Source of the DNA: an uncultured virus (IMG/VR IMGVR_UViG_3300017772_000002)
Lineage: Duplodnaviria > Heunggongvirae > Uroviricota > Caudoviricetes
Reading direction: 5' to 3' (one strand)
Length of the DNA stretch: 64,000 nt
IMG/VR virus record: IMGVR_UViG_3300017772_000002
Under the pieces are notes generated by a model that searched no databases, was not told the DNA's origin, and saw only the letters and a program-made list of their open reading frames with translations. The translations under genes were made by a program, and so were the position numbers. The number at the start of each line of letters is the position of its first letter. Position 1 is the first letter of the stretch. Below, in pieces: positions 9,858-20,005 of the stretch.

Positions 9858-10927
9858 AAACTGAGTCCTTTTAACGCGTTACTATCAATATCTTGTTTTA
9901 CTCCACCAATTACGTAGGAGCTAATTTCTGTTTCTTGTGGAGCAACTTGAACATTACCACCACCAATCCATTTTTCTGTCCAAGGTAATGGATTAGCTTG
10001 TGGAACCACATAAGGACAAGGTAGTCCAATTGCTCTCATTCTTTTACAACCAATCCATTCAATATAATCTGCTAAAATCTTTTCATTAAGGCCAATCATA
10101 GATCCATTTTTAAATAGATATTTAGCCCATTCTTTTTCTTGGTCTATAACTTCTACATATAGTTTTACACATACATCTTCCATTTCCTTAGCAATCTTTT
10201 CAAAGTCCTTATCTTCTTTTTTAAGAAGCTTTAGAATAGTAGTTGTTGATGCCAAATGGAGGTTTTCATCTCTGGCAATTAGCTTAATAATCTTTGCGTT
10301 GCCTTCCATTTTTTTAAGTTCAGCAAATGCCCATGAACAAGCAAATGATACATAGAACCTAACGCCTTCAAGAGCATTGGCACTCATCATTGCCATCCAA
10401 ATTGCTCTTTTATGATCCATTTTATTTGTAGGACCATTATTACAATCAACTAATTCATCATAATACTTTGATATTGATTTACCACAATCCATAATATTTT
10501 GTTGATTTAAAAGATCATCAAATACAAAAGATGGATCTGGATAAATATTACGAATAATATGAGTATATGATCTACTATGAATAGTTTCAGAAAATGACCA
10601 AGTTTCAATCCAGTTCTCTACTTCAGGTAAAGACACAATTGGAAGAAATGCTAAGTTTGGAGCTCGACCTTGAACACTATCGAGCAATATTTGTCTTTTA
10701 AGATTACTTGTAAAAATATGCTGCTCATTTTCAGTAAGCGCACTAAAATCTTTTTTGTCTTTTGAAACATCAACTTCTTCTGGTCTCCAGAAAAATCCTA
10801 ATTGTTTGTCTGTAATCTTATCTATTTGTGGATATTTTACTTCATCATAACGTTGAATATCAACAGCTTCGTCAAGAAACATATTTTTTAGTAGATGCTG
10901 CTTTTTATTCTTTTTCAATACTGCCAT
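9854..10927 (-). CDS. nrdB: ribonucleotide reductase class Ia beta subunit
   Basis: FFWRPEE, ETIHSRSY, EGVRFYVSF, RDENLH, QVAPQETE. Confidence 0.97.
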   Translation of the reverse strand: MAVLKKNKKQHLLKNMFLDEAVDIQRYDEVKYPQIDKITDKQLGFFWRPEEVDVSKDKKDFSALTENEQHIFTSNLKRQILLDSVQGRAPNLAFLPIVSLPEVENWIETWSFSETIHSRSYTHIIRNIYPDPSFVFDDLLNQQNIMDCGKSISKYYDELVDCNNGPTNKMDHKRAIWMAMMSANALEGVRFYVSFACSWAFAELKKMEGNAKIIKLIARDENLHLASTTTILKLLKKEDKDFEKIAKEMEDVCVKLYVEVIDQEKEWAKYLFKNGSMIGLNEKILADYIEWIGCKRMRAIGLPCPYVVPQANPLPWTEKWIGGGNVQVAPQETEISSYVIGGVKQDIDSNALKGLSL

Positions 10928-11081
10928 TTATTTTTCCTTCTTTTCTAAATCTTTTATTATATCCCCGTTTGATACTCTTTGTAACACCAGGGCTTGTTAA
11001 ATACTTATACCATCTACGCGCTGACGTGAGAGCGTCATACTCTGCTCCGCCTTTAAGTTTTATTCTTGGTTTTTTATTCAT
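10905..11081 (-). CDS. small basic protein between nrdA and nrdB (58 aa)
   Basis: Manual translation MNKKPRIKLKGGAEYDALT...KRGYNKRFRKEGK; overlaps both neighbours. Confidence 0.6.
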   Translation of the reverse strand: MNKKPRIKLKGGAEYDALTSARRWYKYLTSPGVTKSIKRGYNKRFRKEGKINGSIEKE

Positions 11082-13393
11082 ATTTTACAGCTTTCGCAAT
11101 CGTCATCTTCATACTCTGTTTGAACTTCACCGTCATATGCATGATGTGTTTCTCCATCAGTCATTTCTCCAGCTCCATCAAAGGTATTAAAATAATAAAG
11201 TTGCTTTAAACCGTATTTATAAGCTGTCACAAGGTCAGTCAACATTACAGACATTGGTATCTTATTATCTTCATAGTGTTCTGGATTATAAGATGTATTT
11301 ACACTAATGCCTTGATCTATGTATTTTTGGAGTATAGCACAGATCTTAAGATAACCATCAGGGGATGTTTGATCCCATAATAAGTCATACTTATTTTTTA
11401 AATGATGATAGCCAGGAACAACCTGAGCCATAACACCATCTTTAGACTGTTTGTAACTAACTAATGCTCGAGGTGGTTCAATACCATTCGTGCTATTAGA
11501 AATTTGAGCGCTTGTTTCAGCTGGCATAAGTGCCATGAGTGTAGAATTACGAGTTCCCGTTTCTTGGAGTTTATTTCTAAGCTCGTTCCACGGCAATCTT
11601 TCTTTATTCTCTATTAAATTATCTAGCTCTCGTTTATATGTATCAATTGGGAGGACTCCATCGGCATATTTTGTGTGATTTTTTAAAGGAATTTCACCTT
11701 TTTCACTCGCTAATTCCTGAGAAGCCTCAATTAGGTAATAAGACCATGCTTCAGCATACTCATCAACAATATCAAATGACTCTTCATTATATTTAAGACC
11801 ACGTTTGGCTAGGAAATAAGCTAAGTTAATTATACCAATACCAAGTGGTCTTCGATTCATAGTCCCGCGTTCTGCTGCACGTACAGGATAAGACTGGTAA
11901 TCAAGAAGCTCATCGAGAGCACGAACAGACAAGTTGCAATATTTTTTAAATTCTGATGGTTCATTAATTAATCCCCAGTTAATTGCTGATAAAGTACATA
12001 AAGAAATTTCTCCATCTTCTGGATTTTCTCCTAATGGACTTGTTGGTAAGTCAATTTCACAACATAGATTACTCATTCTTACTGGAGCTTGTTTTGGTTT
12101 AAACGCTCCATGATCATTAGCATGGTCTACATTCATTATATAGATTCTACCTGTATCCTTTCTTTGTTGGATCAATGTAGAAAATACTTCAGTTGCCGGT
12201 AAAGTCTTTTTACGAACTGATCTGGCTCTTTCATATTTTTCATATAATTCTTTAAATTTGTCTTGGTCATCAAAAAATGTTTCATATAGACCAGGAACAT
12301 CATTTGGGTCAAAGAATGTAATATCACCGCCAGTCAATAAACGTTCGTACATCAACTTGTTTAGTTGGAATGCATAGTCCATGTGGCGAACACGATTTTC
12401 TTCAATACCTTTATTGTTTTTAAGAACAACTAGATCTTCAAATTCGTAATGCCATATTGGTAAATATACAGTAGCGGCTCCGCCACGAACACCACCTTGA
12501 GAACAAGATTTTACTGCAGCTTGAAAGTATTTTAAGAATGGAATAAGACCTGTATGTACAACTGATCCATCACCAACACGTGATCCTTCAGCTCTAATTG
12601 AACCAGCGCCAATACCAATACCCGCTTTCTTAGAAATATATTTTACTATTGAAGTGGCAGTTGCGTTGATAGAATCCAAACTATCACCAGATTCAATAAG
12701 CACACAACTCGAAAACTGACGCGTTGGCGTACGAACTCCAGCCATGATGGGCGTAGGGAGCGAAATATAGAAAAGAGATATTGCATCATAATAGTCCTTA
12801 ACGTATTTAATTCTAGTTTCTTTTGGATATTTAGAAAATAATGTTGCTGAAATCATCATGTACAATATTTGTGGAGTTTCATAATGCTGTTTAGTTTTTC
12901 TATCTTGTACTAAATATTTACCTCTAAACTGTTCCATTCCAGCATATGTAAAATTATCATCCCTGTCATGCTTAATATATGCATCTAACTCATCAACTTC
13001 ATTGTAGTCATAATCTTGCATGATGGCACCGTCATATACATCCCTTGAAACATTTTCAATAATAATTTGCCTTAATGACCATGGCTTGTAATCTCCATAT
13101 ACCTCTTTACGAAGCTTATATGAAATAAGTCTGGCGGCTACAAATTGATAATTAGGTGTGTGCTCGGAAATAAGCTCAGCGGCAGATTTAATGAGAAGCT
13201 CATGAATATCATAAGCGGGGATCTTGTCATACAGTTGTATATTTGCTTTAATCTCTATTTCTGATACAGATACTCCAGAAATATCAGCTGTAGCCCATTC
13301 TAAAACTTTGTGTACCTTATCTAAATCAAAGTCCTGAGTAGTGCCGTTACGCTTAGTTACGTGCATCGTCATATTTAGTTGTCCATCATTCAT
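11078..13393 (-). CDS. nrdA: ribonucleotide reductase class Ia alpha subunit with ATP-cone
   Basis: VTKRNG ATP-cone, QFSSC, SNLCCEI, C-terminal CESC. Confidence 0.97.
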   Translation of the reverse strand: MNDGQLNMTMHVTKRNGTTQDFDLDKVHKVLEWATADISGVSVSEIEIKANIQLYDKIPAYDIHELLIKSAAELISEHTPNYQFVAARLISYKLRKEVYGDYKPWSLRQIIIENVSRDVYDGAIMQDYDYNEVDELDAYIKHDRDDNFTYAGMEQFRGKYLVQDRKTKQHYETPQILYMMISATLFSKYPKETRIKYVKDYYDAISLFYISLPTPIMAGVRTPTRQFSSCVLIESGDSLDSINATATSIVKYISKKAGIGIGAGSIRAEGSRVGDGSVVHTGLIPFLKYFQAAVKSCSQGGVRGGAATVYLPIWHYEFEDLVVLKNNKGIEENRVRHMDYAFQLNKLMYERLLTGGDITFFDPNDVPGLYETFFDDQDKFKELYEKYERARSVRKKTLPATEVFSTLIQQRKDTGRIYIMNVDHANDHGAFKPKQAPVRMSNLCCEIDLPTSPLGENPEDGEISLCTLSAINWGLINEPSEFKKYCNLSVRALDELLDYQSYPVRAAERGTMNRRPLGIGIINLAYFLAKRGLKYNEESFDIVDEYAEAWSYYLIEASQELASEKGEIPLKNHTKYADGVLPIDTYKRELDNLIENKERLPWNELRNKLQETGTRNSTLMALMPAETSAQISNSTNGIEPPRALVSYKQSKDGVMAQVVPGYHHLKNKYDLLWDQTSPDGYLKICAILQKYIDQGISVNTSYNPEHYEDNKIPMSVMLTDLVTAYKYGLKQLYYFNTFDGAGEMTDGETHHAYDGEVQTEYEDDDCESCKI

Positions 13394-13422
13394 TGTCAGT
13401 TAATTAAGTAATAATACTATAT

Positions 13423-13452
13423 ATTATATCACAAAATTTAGGTTTTGTAAAC
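13423..13452 (-). promoter_or_regulatory. early promoter for nrdA
   Basis: GTTTACA-N17-TATAAT. Confidence 0.75.
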
Positions 13453-13459
13453 TGTTTTT

Positions 13460-13825
13460 TTAATTATTTTTGCTATTGTCATCAACCCAGATTGGCATTT
13501 CGCCACTAGGAGCAATATTGATTTTTCCCTTGGTTTCATCAACATGAGAAATAATAGCCTTTCTAATTAGAGGAAGATCTACTAGCATATCTAAATCTGC
13601 TTCCATTTCATCTAATCTTTCAGCTTGGAGTGGATATTGTTTTCTAAATTTGGCATCTTTTTTCATCAATTCAAGTTCATATTTTTCAGCAAAATATTCC
13701 ATGAACCTATCAACTTGTTTTTGAAACCATATACCAAGAGTTGTCCCTTGGAACCAAGCATAAAATGAACTGCCAATTATAGAAGATAATATAGATTTAA
13801 GTGTAAGTACTATAAGCCAATGCAT
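13460..13825 (-). CDS. hypothetical protein with N-terminal hydrophobic segment
   Basis: ORF track. Confidence 0.65.
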   Translation of the reverse strand: MHWLIVLTLKSILSSIIGSSFYAWFQGTTLGIWFQKQVDRFMEYFAEKYELELMKKDAKFRKQYPLQAERLDEMEADLDMLVDLPLIRKAIISHVDETKGKINIAPSGEMPIWVDDNSKNN

Positions 13826-13827
13826 AA

Positions 13828-13944
13828 TTAATCCTTAAATTTGTTATCGATCCAGCATTTGCCGTAATAAAGTACGCCAAGCCAAACGGTAAATAAAAAA
13901 CCATCTACATAGGTTAAACTATTCCATGCGCCAACAGGATCCAT
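13828..13944 (-). CDS. small single-TM protein (38 aa)
   Basis: Manual translation MDPVGAWNSLTYVDGFLFTVWLGVLYYGKCWIDNKFKD. Confidence 0.55.
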   Translation of the reverse strand: MDPVGAWNSLTYVDGFLFTVWLGVLYYGKCWIDNKFKD

Positions 13945-14699
13945 TATTTTTCTCCTTTTACTAAAGCCTTTAAAGCTTTTACATAATTAGGCATACCATG
14001 ATCTACAATACCGTCAAAGAATTTGAATCTTTTCCAGCTATTTACAATACCATAAAATACATCAGCCCAAGTTGGTTTTAAAGCTCTATTTCCATTTCTA
14101 TCAAAATAGATCATTTCTCCATGATGTCTAAATCCTAGCCAAGCTGGTGGGATTCTACAAACGATATCATTATTATTCATAAATCTATAATGAGGGCATT
14201 TTATATTTTTGATGAAGTGTTTACCTCCGACCCGCGGTGACCCAAACGTGAAGAGCTCATTCGGTGTATAACGTGTTGTAGCAATAGTAGCCATGGCAGC
14301 ACCAAGACTATGTCCAGTAAAATATACATCTTTTCTTACCTTTAATTGATCGTTATGTTCTAGTTCTTTTACGATATCCATCCAAAGGTCATTGACTTCT
14401 TCTTGAAATCCTCCATGAACCTTACCACCAGCAACAGCTGAATTTTTAATTACTTTTAAATCAGCCATAACATCATTAAGCTTAGATGGCTCAGTACCTC
14501 TAAAGGCAAACCATAGATCATTTCTATCTTTTGCGATTAATACTTCAGCACCATCTCTACTGATAATTTTTCCTGAAGCAAAGCCTAATTTTTTACAAGC
14601 TGTTTCAGCTGGCTTTGGATTCATATATGCGATTGCGGAAAGTTTTGCTGCTATTTCAGCTCTTTCCCATACTGTCATAGATTCTTTCATTCTACTCAT
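13944..14699 (-). CDS. class 3 lipase (alpha/beta hydrolase)
   Basis: AFRGTE, VHGGF, TGHSLGAAMA, TFGSPRVG, NDIV, DH. Confidence 0.92.
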   Translation of the reverse strand: MSRMKESMTVWERAEIAAKLSAIAYMNPKPAETACKKLGFASGKIISRDGAEVLIAKDRNDLWFAFRGTEPSKLNDVMADLKVIKNSAVAGGKVHGGFQEEVNDLWMDIVKELEHNDQLKVRKDVYFTGHSLGAAMATIATTRYTPNELFTFGSPRVGGKHFIKNIKCPHYRFMNNNDIVCRIPPAWLGFRHHGEMIYFDRNGNRALKPTWADVFYGIVNSWKRFKFFDGIVDHGMPNYVKALKALVKGEK

Positions 14700-15180
14700 T
14701 TTCTTTCTCCACTTTAATTTCAACTGCAGCTCCTTCCATGTCATTTATTGTCACACTCCTATAATAAACTATCACTTCCCCCAGTTGATTGATATATCTT
14801 TTAATTTCTTGAGTATTATAAGCCATTAACTCATAATCCTCAACTGTCATGGCAACAAAGACTACATCACCACCATGCTGCTTTTTCATATCGTCAAGAA
14901 ACTTATCTAGGTAAGTATATCCTTCTGGATATAAATCTTCACGACCTAATTTACAATTTGCCTTTTTAGTATCTGGATCTTTAAGGCAATTTTCAATAAT
15001 CTTAGTGTCAGACACAACATACCATTTTGGTTCTTTTAAATTAATTGCTCTTGGCATCACCGGTTGAACAATTTCTATTTGAACTGGTTTAGTTATAACT
15101 TCAACTTCCTTTGGTCCTAATAAAGAACAACCACTAATCATTAAGATCAGAAATGCGCTTACTATCGGCTTCAATCGCAT
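14692..15180 (-). CDS. lipoprotein, putative o-spanin (Rz1-like)
   Basis: Signal peptide with lipobox ISGC; overlaps the 3' end of a TM/coiled-coil gene. Confidence 0.6.
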   Translation of the reverse strand: MRLKPIVSAFLILMISGCSLLGPKEVEVITKPVQIEIVQPVMPRAINLKEPKWYVVSDTKIIENCLKDPDTKKANCKLGREDLYPEGYTYLDKFLDDMKKQHGGDVVFVAMTVEDYELMAYNTQEIKRYINQLGEVIVYYRSVTINDMEGAAVEIKVEKENE

Positions 15181-15502
15181 CAAATACCTCCTTTGTTCTC
15201 TTATTAAAACTTGGTTCAATTAACCCAGGCTTGGCACTTGCTAATTTAGCAAGATTATGTCTTCTGAATATATCCAAATATTCTGACATTTCTTCTTCAT
15301 ATTTTTGATTTTGTACTTGAAGGCCTCGTAGGGCTTTTTGGTTAGTTTCCATTTGCTCTTGGATAGCGCGTATGGTTTCTTTTTGTTCAGCATCTCTCAC
15401 TTCATAGGCTATATTAAGCCGTTGCAGCTCAATATTTTTATTATAGAGGAAGTATCCTCCTAAACCCATGATAACAATCACACCAATCAATATTTTTGAC
15501 AT
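15134..15502 (-). CDS. putative i-spanin (Rz-like)
   Basis: N-terminal TM followed by a long coiled coil. Confidence 0.6.
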   Translation of the reverse strand: MSKILIGVIVIMGLGGYFLYNKNIELQRLNIAYEVRDAEQKETIRAIQEQMETNQKALRGLQVQNQKYEEEMSEYLDIFRRHNLAKLASAKPGLIEPSFNKRTKEVFDAIEADSKRISDLND

Positions 15503-15505
15503 AAT

Positions 15506-15703
15506 TTAATTTACCTCTTTCTTGGATTCCCTCGCGGCTCTGCTTGCTAAAATTCTTTGAATGAATTTTTTACCTTCTTTAGTTCTACCGTCAAAAAGGT
15601 CTTTCTTTTTCTTTTTCTTTACAGCATCTGCTGGTAATGATACATCACCGCTTGATACTGAATTAGCCGCAGCGTCCTCCCACATGTCTTTAAATGTCTT
15701 CAT
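15506..15703 (-). CDS. small putative internal head protein
   Basis: MKTFKDMWED resembles a capsid-targeting sequence; DGRTKE motif. Confidence 0.6.
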   Translation of the reverse strand: MKTFKDMWEDAAANSVSSGDVSLPADAVKKKKKKDLFDGRTKEGKKFIQRILASRAARESKKEVN

Positions 15704-16293
15704 CTTTTTAAGTCCATACTAGTTACTAATATTTTTTGTTTAGTTAAAATATGCTCAACTTGATATACATTTAATCCAAATATATCACCATGAGCTTCTG
15801 TAAAATCATTTGCTCTTACCTTAGTATTTATATGCGCCATAACTTCTCCAGTTTTTGGAGATGCTATTTCTTGTACTAATGTATATGTTCCTGGAGCTAA
15901 TTTATTATTTTTATCAAACCATTGAGCACTTTCTGATATATTAATAGTTTCTTCTAAATCTTCAAAAACATCATTTAGTACATTTCTAATCTCTTCATCA
16001 GTAAGGTCAGTATTTTCCTTAATTAAAAATAATGCTGACGCATAAGACGCTAGTTTAGTTTGACCAAATGGTAATTTATTAAGCAATCTTTTAACATTAA
16101 AAACTAACCTATGAAAAACGGTATATGCAGATTTTTCTTGAGGTGTTTTTCTGTCTTGTGCCTTTTTTAATAATTTACCTTTATCGTCAATAATGCCTAG
16201 CTTATATGCTTCAGTATTATCCCAAGACGAAACTAACAGCTTTAGAAATCTAAAGGCATAAAATAAATCAGCTGTTCTTGAAATTGCTCCCAT
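15700..16293 (-). CDS. conserved T4-like virion-associated protein
   Basis: AYKLGIID..G, FHRLVFNVKRLL, ASYASALFLIKE. Confidence 0.65.
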   Translation of the reverse strand: MGAISRTADLFYAFRFLKLLVSSWDNTEAYKLGIIDDKGKLLKKAQDRKTPQEKSAYTVFHRLVFNVKRLLNKLPFGQTKLASYASALFLIKENTDLTDEEIRNVLNDVFEDLEETINISESAQWFDKNNKLAPGTYTLVQEIASPKTGEVMAHINTKVRANDFTEAHGDIFGLNVYQVEHILTKQKILVTSMDLKR

Positions 16294-16664
16294 TAAAGGT
16301 TCCTTAGTCTGTTTATTATTTCCTGATCCAAAGGTATTTCTACATGTGAATCTTCTGGTAAATAATTAAGAAAAATCAAAAAAGTTTTTAGTATGCTATA
16401 ATGTTCTGGTTCAACCTTAAACCACATCATTCTATTAGCTGCTTCTATACCAAACACGTTATATAAAACTATAATGTGATTCAATATAAGCCTTTCTTGA
16501 AGATCTTCATATTGTTCATAGCGTCTAAGTAATCTTTTAAGATACTTAAACCTTGTTAAATCTTCTTTAAACTCGTCTACGTCACAGCATTCTGGATTGC
16601 TATAATGCTGTGACGCATAGAGTTCAAAATTCCTACTATTAAGCTTGTCAAATATTTTCATCAT
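16293..16664 (-). CDS. conserved T4-like hypothetical protein
   Basis: YSNPEC, ERLILNHIIVLYNVFG. Confidence 0.7.
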   Translation of the reverse strand: MMKIFDKLNSRNFELYASQHYSNPECCDVDEFKEDLTRFKYLKRLLRRYEQYEDLQERLILNHIIVLYNVFGIEAANRMMWFKVEPEHYSILKTFLIFLNYLPEDSHVEIPLDQEIINRLRNL

Positions 16665-16687
16665 ATATTATCTATACAAGATAAATT

Positions 16688-17932
16688 TTATCGATATTTT
16701 TGTCTAGATTTCCTAAATACATCGTCTGCATCAGCTTTAGATCTAGCTGCTTTTGACATAGTAGCTCTCTTCACTGCCTTTTTAGCTTTACCAGCAGCTT
16801 TTCTAATTGAACTACCAAGACCTTCATCAACATCTGATTCGTTATCAGCCTCGTAGTTCTTATCAACATAGTCAAAAAATTCTTTCTTTTTATCGCCTTT
16901 AAGTTGAGCGGGTGAGTCAACGCCAAACTTCTTCAAAGCAGACTTAAAGAATTTTTGATACCTTTCTTTGTCTTCTTGCTGTTGGGTTTTCTTCTCATTT
17001 ATTTCATGAGCTTCAGCTACTATTTCTTCAGTAACTTCTTCATTAGCAAGTTGTAAAGCTGCTTTTACTTCTGGATCGTCAGATAAACCTTTTTTCATTT
17101 TTTCGATTTTCTTTACAGCTCCAGTCATATTACCACCCATCTTTAATGCAGTGTCAGTAGCTTTTTTCAATAAAGCTTTTGAAAACTTAGACTTAGCTTC
17201 CATTAGTTCTGGGAAAAGGTCTTCGATATCTTCTGCATCCATATCATACTCTTTTGATTGCAAATAAGCTAAAATGTCTTTCTTTTGTCCAGAAAGATCA
17301 AAACCACCTTTAGTTTTCTTAAATTTTACTTTAAATTTCTTTTCAGTAGCCTTTATGTCATCGCCTTCATGATCAATGTCGATCTTAGCTTTACCTTTAC
17401 CAGCTTTAAGCTTAGCTTCGGTAATTGAAATAGTTACTTCTTCCTTAACTACTGAAACATCTTCATTAGGTAATGATTTTACAAATTTATCTACTTTTTT
17501 CTTATCACCACTTACTGTAACGTCCATACCAGTTTTAGTTTTTTTAACTTCTGCTTTTAATCCAGCCTTTTTTGCTAATTTAACCGCGTTAGATGCTGTA
17601 TCATCATCCATATCAACTAATTCAAATGTGTCTTCTTTGACTACAGAACCGTCTTCTTTTTCACCAGATTTTTTAACGGTATGTTTACCTTTAAATTCTT
17701 TTTCGCCTTTAGCTTTAGGCTCACCGGCTTCTTCGACTTCTGGTTTTTCGTGAGTATAACCTTTTTTAGCAAGAGCTTTATGCTCAGCTTCGTCCTTAGC
17801 TACCTCTTTTTCGCCTGTTTCAGGATGAAACATATCATGCGGATATTTTGCTTCTTCCTTTTTACTTTTACCTTCAAGTACATCGCTAACAGCGGCAGCA
17901 ATGCTTAAGGTTGCATCATCTTTTAGTTTCAT
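16688..17932 (-). CDS. K/E-rich modular protein, putative internal head protein
   Basis: Highly charged, with repeated (I/V/L)xE-A/E junctions between short modules. Confidence 0.55.
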   Translation of the reverse strand: MKLKDDATLSIAAAVSDVLEGKSKKEEAKYPHDMFHPETGEKEVAKDEAEHKALAKKGYTHEKPEVEEAGEPKAKGEKEFKGKHTVKKSGEKEDGSVVKEDTFELVDMDDDTASNAVKLAKKAGLKAEVKKTKTGMDVTVSGDKKKVDKFVKSLPNEDVSVVKEEVTISITEAKLKAGKGKAKIDIDHEGDDIKATEKKFKVKFKKTKGGFDLSGQKKDILAYLQSKEYDMDAEDIEDLFPELMEAKSKFSKALLKKATDTALKMGGNMTGAVKKIEKMKKGLSDDPEVKAALQLANEEVTEEIVAEAHEINEKKTQQQEDKERYQKFFKSALKKFGVDSPAQLKGDKKKEFFDYVDKNYEADNESDVDEGLGSSIRKAAGKAKKAVKRATMSKAARSKADADDVFRKSRQKYR

Positions 17933-17942
17933 ATTAGTTCTC

Positions 17943-18245
17943 CTATTGTATGAAAAGCATTCCTGTGATAGCTGTGGCTGCGCCAGCAATTACTATCCAG
18001 AATAGTTTATTAATTACGTTTACGGTTTGGGCGTTTTCCCTCACCATGATTTCAAGCCTATCAACTCTATTTATAAGAGTTAATATTTGCTCTCCTTGTT
18101 GTTTACCAAATTCTGCCATAGTAGCAATTTTTTCTTCAGCTCGAGCTAAAGAAATAATAGCAGTAGACATTTGATCAATCTTCTGCTCAATTCTATCAAG
18201 ACGTGCAGCGGTTGCGGCTCTTTGTTCTTTTACTGACTCAGTCAT
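17943..18245 (-). CDS. coiled-coil protein with C-terminal TM
   Basis: RLDRIEQKID heptads; hydrophobic C-terminus. Confidence 0.6.
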   Translation of the reverse strand: MTESVKEQRAATAARLDRIEQKIDQMSTAIISLARAEEKIATMAEFGKQQGEQILTLINRVDRLEIMVRENAQTVNVINKLFWIVIAGAATAITGMLFIQ

Positions 18246-18511
18246 TTAAAATATACCTTACATTTTAATGGCGTAACGCCTTTGATTAACCTGTGATATT
18301 CTGATTTCTTAATATCAAATATCATACCTTCTTTTAAAAGCCAAGGCAAACAATCTTGCAATTGAAATTGCCAACCTTCACCCTCTAAAATCTCTATCTC
18401 TCGATCTTCAGCGTCCCTATGCCATACAAACTCAGCGTCGGGCTGATTCGGATCGAATGTTCTTACCATACCATCTTCCCAATATGGCCTACCAGAAATA
18501 ATCTCCACCAC
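18242..18511 (-). CDS. cupin-like small protein
   Basis: WHRD...E...YHRL. Confidence 0.55.
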   Translation of the reverse strand: MVEIISGRPYWEDGMVRTFDPNQPDAEFVWHRDAEDREIEILEGEGWQFQLQDCLPWLLKEGMIFDIKKSEYHRLIKGVTPLKCKVYFK

Positions 18512-18866
18512 CTTTTAACCCCAAATCCTTAGCATACTTCGGGAGGCGACATGCCCAATAGCCTGCTTTCATTTTATCGGTTTTTGTATCGCAATTATGA
18601 CGTGAAGCAAAATTCTTCGCTGCATCCCTGTCATTAATCTTTGATGTTAAACCACCCTTTTCATCGCCGAATTCTATCTTCTTTACGTTCCCTGTTTTTG
18701 GGTTTTTAACGTAAACAACATATTTCTTTTTGCCACTCGACCTTTTAGGTTTATTTAATTCAGGTTCTGCAGCTTCATCTAGTTCAATCATTGGTTGTTC
18801 TAAAGGCACATATTGACCTTCATAGATACCAAATCTTTCTTCTATATGTTCTAAAAAACTATGCAT
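18489..18866 (-). CDS. conserved phage protein with CTS-like N-terminus
   Basis: MHSFLEHIEE; KKYVVYVKNPKTGNVKK.FGD; RHNC...YWAC. Confidence 0.65.
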   Translation of the reverse strand: MHSFLEHIEERFGIYEGQYVPLEQPMIELDEAAEPELNKPKRSSGKKKYVVYVKNPKTGNVKKIEFGDEKGGLTSKINDRDAAKNFASRHNCDTKTDKMKAGYWACRLPKYAKDLGLKGGGDYFW

Positions 18867-19534
18867 TACTTCTTTTGTCCTTTAATCCATTTGACAGCAA
18901 TTGAGTTTTCAGGTGGTCTTGCTGCCCATGTTTTTATATCTTTATAAGCTTCCAATGATTGTTGTTCTATGTCTGATCCTTCAGAATTATCAACAATAGT
19001 AATTCTATTTCTAAACAATGCTTGGAACTTACCAATATTCTTTTGTACATCTTTCCACATTTTAGTTACTTCATCGTCAGGCAATGACCTTGGTCTCTGT
19101 CTATTTCTTTGTAACGCTGTTTCTATATCAGTGTTTACAAAAATCATGTGAACAGCATAACCAATTTTTCTAAGTAAATCTACTTGCTTTTTGATTTTTG
19201 CATAGTCTTTACCAGTACCATCAATAACTAATCCTAATCTACCTTCAATAGATCTAGTCATAACTTTTCCAGTTATAGCTTTGGATTTAGCTCTAACTGC
19301 TTGGCCTTGAGCCGAAAATATATCTTCTGGATCCATTGTTAATCCAGCTTTCTTTAAACCTTTTTCGAAACCCTCATCGGAATTAATTAATCTAAACCCT
19401 AGAGACTTCAAAGCAGTTTTACCAACAATAAAAGATTTGCCACTACCAGGACCACCTGCTAGAAAAACCGCTTTAAAAATAGAAGGATCATTTACACCTT
19501 CCATTATGTTATTATGTTCTTTAAAACTATCCAC
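18866..19534 (-). CDS. P-loop kinase (zeta-toxin/AAA_33-like)
   Basis: LAGGPGSGKS, INSD, VIDGT, ALQRNRQRPR; probable GTG start (VDSFKEH). Confidence 0.8.
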   Translation of the reverse strand: MDSFKEHNNIMEGVNDPSIFKAVFLAGGPGSGKSFIVGKTALKSLGFRLINSDEGFEKGLKKAGLTMDPEDIFSAQGQAVRAKSKAITGKVMTRSIEGRLGLVIDGTGKDYAKIKKQVDLLRKIGYAVHMIFVNTDIETALQRNRQRPRSLPDDEVTKMWKDVQKNIGKFQALFRNRITIVDNSEGSDIEQQSLEAYKDIKTWAARPPENSIAVKWIKGQKK

Positions 19535-19772
19535 CGAATTCGTGTCCCGCAACCCTTTTCATTTGTTTTTTATATTCATCAAAATCTGGTTTATTTTTGT
19601 AAAGCTTAATTGAGATTTCGTCTCTTTCTTTGCCCTTTATTCTCCAATTATATCCCTTGTCTTTATGCTCAGGATCAGTTGTTTTTACAACTCGTCTTTT
19701 ATAACCATCTTCCCATGTTTCGCCTTTATATTTACCCTCACCTTCAGTAATATAGTCTTTAAACGTAATCAT
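19527..19772 (-). CDS. small putative internal head protein
   Basis: MITFKDYITE N-terminus. Confidence 0.6.
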   Translation of the reverse strand: MITFKDYITEGEGKYKGETWEDGYKRRVVKTTDPEHKDKGYNWRIKGKERDEISIKLYKNKPDFDEYKKQMKRVAGHEFGG

Positions 19773-20005
19773 TTTTTCAAATCATACCTAAACGATTTGC
19801 CTGAAGCTTGCCCCTTTTTAGTAATTCCGTAACCAGCGATATTAGCTAATTGCTTTAATATAGGCCAGTTTTTTTCAGGCTTTTTAGACCTAATATTTTT
19901 AGATAGGTCAGTTTCAATTTTATGAAACAATGTTTTTACCATATCTAGGTCTTGCATAACCAATGGTGCTTCGTCTAAATTAGCCTGTTCTTTAAAAGAT
20001 TTCAT
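19769..20005 (-). CDS. small putative internal head protein
   Basis: MKSFKEQANLDEA N-terminus. Confidence 0.6.
   Translation of the reverse strand: MKSFKEQANLDEAPLVMQDLDMVKTLFHKIETDLSKNIRSKKPEKNWPILKQLANIAGYGITKKGQASGKSFRYDLKK

Noticed and set aside
18866..19552. Zeta toxin of a toxin-antitoxin module
   Set aside because: No epsilon-like partner is recognisable; the context is a late internal-protein block.
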